Below are positions 18,917 to 25,870 of a stretch of DNA of 25,870 bases, piece after piece. The position numbers and the translations under genes are program-made. The number at the start of each line of letters is the position of its first letter. The stretch's first letter is position 1. The DNA is from a candidate division WOR-3 bacterium (GTDB lineage: Bacteria > Hydrothermota > Hydrothermia > LBFQ01 > DSFT01), in NCBI GenBank assembly GCA_965649115.1, contig CBFGJN010000022.1, positions 1 to 25,870 on the forward strand, written 5' to 3'. The notes under the pieces are model-generated. The model did no database searches, was not told the DNA's origin, and worked only from the letters and a program-made list of their open reading frames with translations.

Positions 18917-18928
18917 TTTTTTAAATAT

Positions 18929-19075
18929 GCTGTGTCCAAATAATAAATTCCCATATTTCGGCAGTGGTGGGGCAGAGTCCCCCATTAAACCACCCTTAAA
19001 TAAATAATTCTATCCTGAAAATAAGGCTGGGCCTAAGGGAGCAATAGGAAAGCGAAGCTTTAAATATAGAAGGCA
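18929..19075 (-). mobile_element. MITE-like copy F, degenerate
   Basis: TIR gctgtgtccaa at 18929; cccatatttcggcagtgg is a near reverse complement of window positions 3-20; aaagcgaagcttt hairpin 19049-19061. Confidence 0.7.
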
Positions 19076-19078
19076 AAA

Positions 19079-19930
19079 TTATCCTGAAAATAAACTTGCT
19101 ATTATTGTAAAAGCATTATTATAAATTAAAATCCCTATTAGAATTAATAATAAACCACTTAAAAATTCAATAACTCCAAAGAATTTTCTAAAATTCTTAA
19201 TGCTCTTTAACAAAAAATCAACCAATACACCTGAAATAAAAAAAGGAATTGCAAGCCCAAGTGAATAAAATGTTAATAAAATTATTCCTTGATAAACTGT
19301 TTCTTGAACAGCAGCAAGGGTCAAAATGCTTGCTAAAATTGGTCCTATACAAGGTGTCCATCCAAAAGCAAATGAACTTCCTAAAATGAATGAAGAAAAT
19401 AAACTTGTTTTTCTAATTTCATAGTTAAATTTTTTCTCATAATTTAAAAAGTCAAAGTTAATCAAATTGAAATAATTAAAAATAATAATCAAAGTTATTG
19501 AAATTACCAAAAAAAGCCAATTTTTAAAAACTAAAAACAAAAACACAATAATCAGAATAAGAAAAATAAAGCTCAAAAATTTAATAACCCTATGAAATTG
19601 AAATTCCTTCTTAATTTTGAAAATGCCTATAAAGTTCAAACCAAAAATAATAACAACAAGACTTGAGAACTTTGAAATAATAATTTTATTTTGTGATAAT
19701 AATTGACCTATAAAAGTTGCGCTTGCACCAAATAAAATAAAAATTAAAGAAAAACCAAAAATAAATGACAAAAGGTTAAAAATTGTGTTCATTGAAACTT
19801 TTGAATGAGATAAATCCTTAATTGAGATTCCTGAAATATAAGAAATATAAGCAGGAATTAAGGGAAAAACACAAGGAGACAAAAACGATAAAAAACCTGC
19901 CAAAAATGATGTTATAATATCAACATTCAT
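19079..19930 (-). CDS. ccdA: Cytochrome c biogenesis protein CcdA (DsbD TM domain)
   Basis: AGFLSFLSPCVFPLIP, FAFGWTPCIGPIL, YSLGLAIPF. Confidence 0.93.
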   Translation of the reverse strand: MNVDIITSFLAGFLSFLSPCVFPLIPAYISYISGISIKDLSHSKVSMNTIFNLLSFIFGFSLIFILFGASATFIGQLLSQNKIIISKFSSLVVIIFGLNFIGIFKIKKEFQFHRVIKFLSFIFLILIIVFLFLVFKNWLFLVISITLIIIFNYFNLINFDFLNYEKKFNYEIRKTSLFSSFILGSSFAFGWTPCIGPILASILTLAAVQETVYQGIILLTFYSLGLAIPFFISGVLVDFLLKSIKNFRKFFGVIEFLSGLLLILIGILIYNNAFTIIASLFSG

Positions 19931-19940
19931 AAAAATTTTG

Positions 19941-19952
19941 AAAATTTTAAAG
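19941..19952 (-). promoter_or_regulatory. CTTTAAAATTTT promoter motif for ccdA
   Basis: Exact 12-mer on minus strand 10 nt before ATG 19930, no SD. Confidence 0.7.
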
Positions 19953-19977
19953 TAATAATTTCGGACAAAGATTTATT

Positions 19978-20181
19978 GCTTTGTCCAGTAAATAATGTTA
20001 AGTGCTTGATAGTCAATAACTTATTAAAAATTCATTAAAATTCTTGAAATAATGGGGGGAATTTAAGGGGGGCGGAGCCCCCCAAAGCATAAGAATGGGT
20101 ATTTTAAAGCCGAAGGCTTATATTCAGGGTGGGTGGGAGAAGTATAGAAATAATTATATTTTCAGAATTACTAGACACAGC
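19978..20181 (+). mobile_element. MITE-like copy G, intact, 204 bp (defines + orientation)
   Basis: TIRs gctttgtccagtaaat / aattactagacacagc; perfect direct repeat aaagatttatt at 19967-19977 and 20182-20192; no ORF. Confidence 0.94.
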
Positions 20182-20200
20182 AAAGATTTATTATTACTAA

Positions 20201-20212
20201 CTTTAAAATTTT
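20201..20212 (+). promoter_or_regulatory. CTTTAAAATTTT promoter motif for the mtaD-like gene
   Basis: Exact 12-mer 7 nt before ATG 20220, no SD. Confidence 0.72.
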
Positions 20213-20219
20213 TTTCATA

Positions 20220-21542
20220 ATGAAAATCCTTATTAAAGCTAATTATATTTTAACTATGAATGAAAAAGATGAAGTTATAGAAAATGGTGCTGTTGTTATT
20301 GAAAATGAAAAAATATCAAAAATAACAAAAATTTCTGATATTGAAAATGAAGAATTTGATTACATTATTGATGATAGACCGAATATACTACTTCCAGGGT
20401 TTATAAATACTCATACTCATATAGCAATGGTTGGTTTTAGAGGTTTTGCAGATGATAAGGATTTAATGGATTGGCTTAATAATTACATTTGGCCAGCTGA
20501 AAATAGAGCGGTTGATAGAGAATTTATAAGAATGGCAAGTTTATTAGCAATTTGCGAAATGATAAGAACAGGAACAACGACTTATAATGATATGTACTTT
20601 TTTGAAGAGATAACTGCTGAAATTTCAAGAGAAATAGGAATTAGAGCATTTCTTGGAGAAGGATTAATAGATTTTCCCACACCTTCCTTTAAAAATCCCG
20701 AAGAAGGATTAAAAATTGTTAAAAGTTTTATTGAAAATTATTTAAGTGATGAATATGTTCATCCAACCTTATGCTTACATGCTCCTTATTCCTGTTCAAA
20801 AGATTTAATTTTAAAGGGATATGAAATTGCTAAAAAATATAACATTCCTATTCATATGCATGTTTCTGAAACAAAATCAGAAGTTGAAATAATAAAAAAT
20901 AAATATGGATTAACACCTGTTAGATATTTAAATTCACTTGGAATTTTAAATCATAAATTTATTTCTGCTCATAGTGTTTACTTAGATGATGAAGAAGTAG
21001 AGATTTATAAAAATTATAATGTTGGTGTTGCTCATAATCCACAAAGTAATATGAAACTTTCAAGTGGTATAGCTCCAATTGTAAAAATGTTAAATAAAAA
21101 TATAAATGTTGGTCTTGCTACTGATGGAACAGCTTCAAATAATAATTTAGATATGATTGATGAAATGAGAAGTTGTTCATTAATTCATAAGGTTTATCTT
21201 CTTGACCCGAAAGTTGTTAGTGCTAAGGAAGTTTTGAAAATGGCTACAATTTATGGAGCAAAAGTTTTGGGAATAGAAAATTTAGTTGGAAGTATTGAGG
21301 TTAATAAGAAAGCAGATTTAATAACCATATCCTTAAATAGTTTTCATTTAATGCCAATTTATGATCCATATTCTGCTATTGTTTATAGTGCTAATGGTTT
21401 AGATGTTTCAAGTGTTTTAATAAACGGCAAAATTCTTATGGAAAAAAAGGAATTGAAGTTTATTGACTTTGAAGAAGTTAAGTACAATGCTAAAAAATTA
21501 AAAGAAAAAGTAATTGGAAATTGCTTTGTCTATTATGTCTAA
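20220..21542 (+). CDS. mtaD: 5-methylthioadenosine/S-adenosylhomocysteine deaminase-like amidohydrolase
   Basis: PGFINTHTH, RGFADD..L..WL...IWPAE, HAPYSC, HMHVSET, HNPQSNMKL, TDGTASNN.LDM. Confidence 0.85.
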   Translation: MKILIKANYILTMNEKDEVIENGAVVIENEKISKITKISDIENEEFDYIIDDRPNILLPGFINTHTHIAMVGFRGFADDKDLMDWLNNYIWPAENRAVDREFIRMASLLAICEMIRTGTTTYNDMYFFEEITAEISREIGIRAFLGEGLIDFPTPSFKNPEEGLKIVKSFIENYLSDEYVHPTLCLHAPYSCSKDLILKGYEIAKKYNIPIHMHVSETKSEVEIIKNKYGLTPVRYLNSLGILNHKFISAHSVYLDDEEVEIYKNYNVGVAHNPQSNMKLSSGIAPIVKMLNKNINVGLATDGTASNNNLDMIDEMRSCSLIHKVYLLDPKVVSAKEVLKMATIYGAKVLGIENLVGSIEVNKKADLITISLNSFHLMPIYDPYSAIVYSANGLDVSSVLINGKILMEKKELKFIDFEEVKYNAKKLKEKVIGNCFVYYV

Positions 21543-21660
21543 AAATTCTAAAATATAGATTATTTCTTATTTTTTCGCCCATCTAAACACCCATATTTTG
21601 GCTATGTGGAGCTTTACACCATTCCCACCTATCTTTAAGCCTTCGGATTATAAACTTTCG
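21523..21660 (-). mobile_element. MITE-like copy H, degenerate, overlapping the mtaD 3' end
   Basis: TIR gctttgtcta at 21523, aattctaaaatata, cccatattttggctatg, taagccttcggatta 21636-21650. Confidence 0.7.
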
Positions 21661-21682
21661 CTCTCTCTAAAATAAAGATTTT

Positions 21683-21830
21683 ACTGTGTTTAATAATTCT
21701 ATAAGCATTTATTTTTCCCTGAAATTAAGGCTTCGCCTTATAAATGCCCATTCTTATGCCTTTGGGGGTCACGCCCCCAATAATTCATTATTTCAAGAAT
21801 TTTAATTAATCCTTAATAAGCTCTTTTTTA
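21683..21830 (-). mobile_element. MITE-like copy I, truncated next to the GC-rich gene
   Basis: actgtgtttaataattc (eroded TIR), taaggcttcgcctta, cccattcttatgc, cattatttcaagaattttaat match reverse complement of copy G up to taataag (21820). Confidence 0.8.
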
Positions 21831-21857
21831 TCATCACACTCCAAACAACCAGAACTT

Positions 21858-22604
21858 TCACCCTTTCTCCGCCACGACGATTAAGCGTCGGCTGTCCCTT
21901 GCGTAAGGAGAACCGTCATAGTCACCGAACAGCCTTGTCACTCGCAACCCGACCCGCTCTAACATCCATCGCAATTCCGCCGCTGTGTAGAGGCGAATGG
22001 ACGAGCGACGCTCGTAACGGACGCCATCGCGGGCGACGCAAACCCAAAGGGTTTCCACCCGACCGCTCAGCGGGTCAAAGGTGCGCTCCTCCAGCACCAG
22101 CCATCCTTCATCGGCGGCATGCCATGCCTGCGCCTGAAATTGCCCCACCAATCGGTCTCGGTTGGTCACATCCAGCAAAAACTTACCGCCTTCCTTGAGC
22201 GCCTGCGCCACCTTCGCCAGCACTTTTTCGTCCTCTGCCTCACTCTCCAAGTAGCCGAAGGAGGTGAACATGTTGATGCAGGCGTCAAATTCGTCGGTGA
22301 AGGCGATGTCGCGCATGTCGCATTGGACGAAGGTAACGGGCAATCCTTCCCGCTCCGCCCGCTGCCTTGCCTGATAGAGTAAAGCCTCCGACAAATCCAC
22401 CCCGACGACCCGATAGCCCCGCCGCGCCAGTTCCAAACTGTGCCGACCTTGCCCGCAGCAAAGGTCTAACACCGATGCTCCCGCTGGCAATTGTAAGGCG
22501 ACGACGATGAAATCCACTTCCCGCCGCACTTGTTCTGGTGCCTCATAGCGCCGATACGCCCGCAGATACAAGTCGTCAAAAAACTCCCGATACCATTGCG
22601 CCAT
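21858..22604 (-). CDS. Class I SAM-dependent methyltransferase, high-GC foreign gene (ATG at 22604)
   Basis: VLDLCCGQGRH, GVDLS, CDMR, NMFTSFGY, LKEGGKFLLD; about 58% GC in a sampled line versus an AT-rich background. Confidence 0.93.
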   Translation of the reverse strand: MAQWYREFFDDLYLRAYRRYEAPEQVRREVDFIVVALQLPAGASVLDLCCGQGRHSLELARRGYRVVGVDLSEALLYQARQRAEREGLPVTFVQCDMRDIAFTDEFDACINMFTSFGYLESEAEDEKVLAKVAQALKEGGKFLLDVTNRDRLVGQFQAQAWHAADEGWLVLEERTFDPLSGRVETLWVCVARDGVRYERRSSIRLYTAAELRWMLERVGLRVTRLFGDYDGSPYARDSRRLIVVAEKG

Positions 22605-23182
22605 CAATATCCTTCCTTTAAAAACTCTTTAAGCTTTTTTAAAGCTTTGGCTCTATGACTAACTTGATTTTTGGTATCAATATCAATTTGAGCAAATGTT
22701 TTATTCAGTGGTTTGTAAAAGAAAATTGGATCATAACCAAAACCTTTATCCCCTAAAACTTCATAAGATATCTCACCCAAGACTTCACCATAAAAAATAT
22801 ATTCATTACTTTGATTGTCAATAAATACAATAACACATCTAAAATATGCTTTTCTATTTTCTTTATTTTTCATCATTTCTAAAATTTTTTCTAAGTAATT
22901 TTTATTCTCTTTTTGAAAATCTGATGATTTTATTCCAGGAAATCCATTCAAAGCTTCTATAAATAAACCTGAATCATCAGAAATCACTGGTAGTTTTGTA
23001 ATGTAATGAACTGTTCTTGCTTTAATTAGAGCATTTTCTTCCAAGGTTTTGCCAAATTCTTCTATTTCTAATTTTAAATTTAATTCTTTAAGCGAAACTA
23101 ATTGAATTTTTTTAATGTCTTTTAAAAATTCCTTTATCTCATTTATTTTTCCTTCATTATTTGAAGCAATAACAATTTTCAC
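22604..23182 (-). CDS. rdgB: RdgB/HAM1 non-canonical purine NTP pyrophosphatase
   Basis: ASNNEGK..E, ENALIKA, DDSGL, GFGYDPIF, K..VSHR; GTG start. Confidence 0.95.
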   Translation of the reverse strand: MKIVIASNNEGKINEIKEFLKDIKKIQLVSLKELNLKLEIEEFGKTLEENALIKARTVHYITKLPVISDDSGLFIEALNGFPGIKSSDFQKENKNYLEKILEMMKNKENRKAYFRCVIVFIDNQSNEYIFYGEVLGEISYEVLGDKGFGYDPIFFYKPLNKTFAQIDIDTKNQVSHRAKALKKLKEFLKEGY

Positions 23183-23185
23183 AGA

Positions 23186-23270
23186 TGGGCGGGGTAGGAT
23201 TTGAACCTACGTAGGGCGTAAGCCCAGCAGGTTTACAGCCTGCCCCCGTTGGCCGCTTGGGTACCCGCCC
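23186..23270 (-). tRNA. tRNA-Tyr(GTA), CCA not encoded
   Basis: Acceptor GGGCGGG/CCCGCCC+A, anticodon arm GCAGG CT GTA AA CCTGC, long variable arm, GGTTCAAATCC T-arm. Confidence 0.97.
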
Positions 23271-23273
23271 AAA

Positions 23274-23346
23274 AGCCAGCGGGCGGACTCGAACCGCCAA
23301 CCTGCTGATTACAAATCAGCCGCTCTGCCAATTGAGCTACGCTGGC
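23274..23346 (-). tRNA. tRNA-Thr(TGT), CCA not encoded
   Basis: Acceptor GCCAGCG/CGCTGGC+T, D-arm GCTCAATTGGCAGAGC, anticodon arm GCTGA TT TGT AA TCAGC, GGTTCGAGTCC. Confidence 0.97.
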
Positions 23347-23354
23347 AAGGTCTG

Positions 23355-23366
23355 AAAATTTTAAAG
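23355..23366 (-). promoter_or_regulatory. CTTTAAAATTTT promoter motif for the tRNA pair, overlapping the hisC-like stop codon
   Basis: Exact 12-mer 8 nt before the tRNA-Thr 5' end. Confidence 0.72.
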
Positions 23367-24395
23367 CATAGAGAGAATTTCCTTTATGGCATATATAAAT
23401 AATTCATTTTCATCAGGTCTTCCAATTGTTATTCTTAAGTAGTTTTCAAGACCTTTCATATAAGATACATTTCTAATCCTAATACCTCTCTTAATAAGTT
23501 CATTATAAACAAAATTCGCCTCTTTAACTTTAAATAAAATAAAATTAGCATAGGATTTAATATATTCAATTTTTAGATTATCAAATGCTTTGTAAATTCT
23601 TTCTTTTTCTTCATTTACAATTCTTATAGAATTTTGATAATAACTTTCAATTAAGTGAAAATTTCTTAAAATCACAAGTTGAAGTGTGCTTAAATGGTAA
23701 GGAGAAGTTAAGATTTCCTCTCCCATACTTACAACATCACTATCAGAAATTACAATCCCTATCCTAATGCCTGCTAATAAGCTTTTTGATAAGCTTCTTA
23801 TTATATAAACATTTTTATAGTCATTTATCAAGTGTTTAAAAGTTTTGTTTGAAAATGGGAAATATGCTTCATCTATTACAATCAATGCATTTCTTTTAAT
23901 AGCTTCTAATATAACTTCATCATCTTGTAGATTCCCTGTCGGATTATTCGGATTTACAATACATATGATATTATGATTTTTGAAGGTTTCAGGAGAAATT
24001 TTATAATTAACACCAAGATTTAAAATTTCTAAATTCGTTTGTGTAATAATACCAGCATGTTTAAAAATTGGATAAGTTGGTTCATATATAATAGCACTTC
24101 TGTTCTTTCCTCCCGCTAAAAAAAACGCCAACCAGATACCTTGATCAGCACCAACTGTTATTAGGAAATTTTTTGGACTCACACCTAAATAACTTGAAAA
24201 AATTTCCTTTGTTTCATAATAAAAATATGGTTGTGGGTATCTATTAAACTCAATTTTCTTGAATTCTTCAAATAATTTTTCTTTAATTTCTATTGGAATA
24301 TCAATTGGACTTTCATTTTGATCAAGTTTAGCTTTGTACTTTATCTCAGAAATAGGCATTGTTGATTTTTGAGGAAGATCTTCTCTTAAAATCAT
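23361..24395 (-). CDS. hisC: HisC-family PLP-dependent aminotransferase (class I/II)
   Basis: KLDQNESP, NRYP, GADQ, NPNNPTG, DEAY, RSLSK (PLP Lys), AGIRIG, ANF, LRITIG; substrate not certain. Confidence 0.75.
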   Translation of the reverse strand: MILREDLPQKSTMPISEIKYKAKLDQNESPIDIPIEIKEKLFEEFKKIEFNRYPQPYFYYETKEIFSSYLGVSPKNFLITVGADQGIWLAFFLAGGKNRSAIIYEPTYPIFKHAGIITQTNLEILNLGVNYKISPETFKNHNIICIVNPNNPTGNLQDDEVILEAIKRNALIVIDEAYFPFSNKTFKHLINDYKNVYIIRSLSKSLLAGIRIGIVISDSDVVSMGEEILTSPYHLSTLQLVILRNFHLIESYYQNSIRIVNEEKERIYKAFDNLKIEYIKSYANFILFKVKEANFVYNELIKRGIRIRNVSYMKGLENYLRITIGRPDENELFIYAIKEILSML

Positions 24396-24811
24396 TATAA
24401 TTCTTTACCTTCTTCCCAACTTATTATACTATGGTAAAAAATTTTATCGCCGTCATCAAGCCCTCTTGTTATTTCTGTAATATGAACATGTTTTGCTTTG
24501 AATTTTTCAACTGCGTACTTAACCGCTTTTTCAGGTTCGGTGCTTTCACCACATGTATAAATGTCCATAGCAACATATCCAAATTCTGGCCAAGTATGAA
24601 CCGACAAATGAGACTCGGAAATTACAATTACTCCACTTACACCATTAGGTGGAAATCTATTAAAGGAAACAGCCCAAATTTCAGCATTTGCCTCTCTTGC
24701 TGCATTAACTAGAATCTCTTGCATAAGTTTAACATTTCCAATAATTTCAGGATCACAACCAGATGCTTCTACAATGTAATGTTCCCCTCTCGTTGTATGG
24801 AGCTTTTCCAA
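24395..24811 (-). CDS. speD: Pyruvoyl-dependent S-adenosylmethionine decarboxylase proenzyme
   Basis: GVSGVIVISESHLSVHTWPE, DIYTCG; TTG start with SD aggaggtg at 24816-24823; TAATG coupling to the next gene. Confidence 0.9.
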   Translation of the reverse strand: MEKLHTTRGEHYIVEASGCDPEIIGNVKLMQEILVNAAREANAEIWAVSFNRFPPNGVSGVIVISESHLSVHTWPEFGYVAMDIYTCGESTEPEKAVKYAVEKFKAKHVHITEITRGLDDGDKIFYHSIISWEEGKEL

Positions 24812-24824
24812 TTCTCACCTCCTT

Positions 24825-25709
24825 TTACCATCCTCTTGTTTGCAAAAGCTCTTTCTCTTCTAACTTTCTTATATCTAAGCCTCTCATAGGTTCTCCAAGA
24901 CCTCTTGAAATTTTAGCTAAAACTTTTGGATTATCATAATAGGTAACTGCTTCAACAATTGCATTAGCATATCTTTCAGGATTTGATGATTTAAAAATAC
25001 CACTTCCTACAAATACAGCTTCTGCTCCAAGTCTCATCATAAGCGCTGCATCAGCAGGCGTAGCTATGCCACCTGCTGCAAAGTTTGGAACTGGTAATTT
25101 TCCATATTCCCAAACGTACCTTAAAACATTATAATCAACACGCAATTCTTTTGCTTTTGAAAAAAGTTCTTCCTCTCTTAATCCTCTTACTTCTGATATT
25201 TGTCTTTGAATTAATCTCATATGCTTTACTGCTTCCACAACGTTTCCTGTTCCTGCTTCACCTTTTGTCCTAATTAGTGCAGCCCCCTCACTAATTCTTC
25301 TTAGTGCTTCTCCTAAATCTCTTGCTCCGCAAACAAAAGGAACCTTAAATTGATGTTTATTTATATGGTTTTCTTCGTCAGCAGGCGTTAAAACCTCACT
25401 TTCATCAATAAAATCAACACCAAGCTCTTCAAGTATTTCAGCTTCAACAAAATGTCCAATTCTAACTTTTGCCATTACTGGAATGCTTACTGCATCCATA
25501 ATTCTTAAAATAATTTCTGGATCAGCCATTCTTGCTACCCCTCCCTCCTTTCTAATATCTGCTGGAACTCTTTCAAGAGCCATAACTGCAACAGCACCTG
25601 CTCTTTCAGCAATTTTTGCTTGTTCAGGACTTGTAACATCCATTATAACCCCACCCTTTAACATTTTTGCTAATCCAACTTTTACTTCCCAACTCCCTTT
25701 AAAAAGCAT
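24825..25709 (-). CDS. pdxS: Pyridoxal 5-phosphate synthase subunit PdxS
   Basis: [59 protein letters not shown]. Confidence 0.98.
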   Translation of the reverse strand: MLFKGSWEVKVGLAKMLKGGVIMDVTSPEQAKIAERAGAVAVMALERVPADIRKEGGVARMADPEIILRIMDAVSIPVMAKVRIGHFVEAEILEELGVDFIDESEVLTPADEENHINKHQFKVPFVCGARDLGEALRRISEGAALIRTKGEAGTGNVVEAVKHMRLIQRQISEVRGLREEELFSKAKELRVDYNVLRYVWEYGKLPVPNFAAGGIATPADAALMMRLGAEAVFVGSGIFKSSNPERYANAIVEAVTYYDNPKVLAKISRGLGEPMRGLDIRKLEEKELLQTRGW

Positions 25710-25713
25710 ACCG

Positions 25714-25725
25714 AAAATTTTAAAG
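25714..25725 (-). promoter_or_regulatory. CTTTAAAATTTT leaderless promoter motif for pdxS
   Basis: Exact 12-mer 4 nt before ATG 25709, no SD. Confidence 0.75.
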
Positions 25726-25745
25726 TATCAAGGCTTCGCTTTTTT

Positions 25746-25870
25746 GCCTTGTCCAATAATTCCCCCTCTACCTTCCCTATGGATACCCCCACTATATTTT
25801 AACTCATCCCCTCCCATATCAACCCCTCAATCAGCCAAATTACTATAACTATAAAAACTATTCATTATCA
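25746..25870 (-). mobile_element. Possible MITE-like copy J, highly degenerate or partial
   Basis: TIR-like gccttgtccaataattc at 25746 followed by C-run-rich sequence; GCGAAGC mini-hairpin at 25733-25739 on minus strand. Confidence 0.5.

Noticed and set aside
12492..18943. Short antisense ORFs 12492-12737, 15335-15535, 16822-17007, 18674-18943
   Set aside because: Shadow ORFs of conserved genes
19941..20212. CTTTAAAATTTT as part of the mobile element (outer inverted repeat)
   Set aside because: It lies outside the target duplication of copy G and also occurs with no element nearby (23355)
21899..22382. Plus-strand ORFs 21899-22198 and 22119-22382
   Set aside because: Antisense to the methyltransferase; expected from stop-codon scarcity at high GC
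21832..23346. tRNA-anchored integrative island or integron cassette as source of the GC-rich gene
   Set aside because: Host-like rdgB separates it from the tRNAs; no duplicated tRNA 3' end, integrase or attC core sites seen
25762..25827. G-quadruplex potential from six G-runs on the minus strand upstream of pdxS
   Set aside because: Loops are long and irregular (up to about 17 nt), and the runs are more simply explained as eroded element sequence at the window edge
24431..25848. Plus-strand ORFs 24431-24712, 25085-25273, 25483-25848
   Set aside because: Antisense shadows of speD and pdxS
1..25870. CRISPR array interpretation of the recurring palindromes
   Set aside because: Repeats are dispersed across intergenic gaps inside a longer TIR-bounded unit; there is no repeat-spacer periodicity and no cas gene

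Overview
AT-rich (by eye about 25-30% GC), gene-dense bacterial chromosomal window. tRNA-Tyr has a G1-C72 pair and a long variable arm, which are bacterial traits. Contents: recN followed by a tightly coupled cytoplasmic signalling cluster (FIST-domain protein, MglB roadblock, MglA GTPase, PAS histidine kinase, REC-DUF4388 regulator, second roadblock-like protein, PP2C phosphatase); PMM/PGM plus an ArnT-like glycosyltransferase; a DUF5618/HEPN-like protein; a transglutaminase-like lipoprotein, nadE and an ADP-forming acyl-CoA ligase; oxidase subunit IV plus SCO; an AIR-synthase-family gene; ccdA; an mtaD-like deaminase; and a minus-strand run of pdxS, speD, a hisC-like gene, tRNA-Thr, tRNA-Tyr, rdgB and a methyltransferase. 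Three patterns stand out beyond the genes. (1) A 204-bp MITE-like family with 16-bp terminal inverted repeats, 9-11-bp target duplications and conserved cGNAg hairpins fills every large intergenic space (about 10 copies, 2 intact). (2) The exact 12-mer CTTTAAAATTTT occurs ten times, 3-10 nt before the first gene or tRNA of each transcription unit, suggesting leaderless promoters. (3) A single approximately 58% GC methyltransferase gene is inserted into the rdgB stop codon between TGATG direct repeats.
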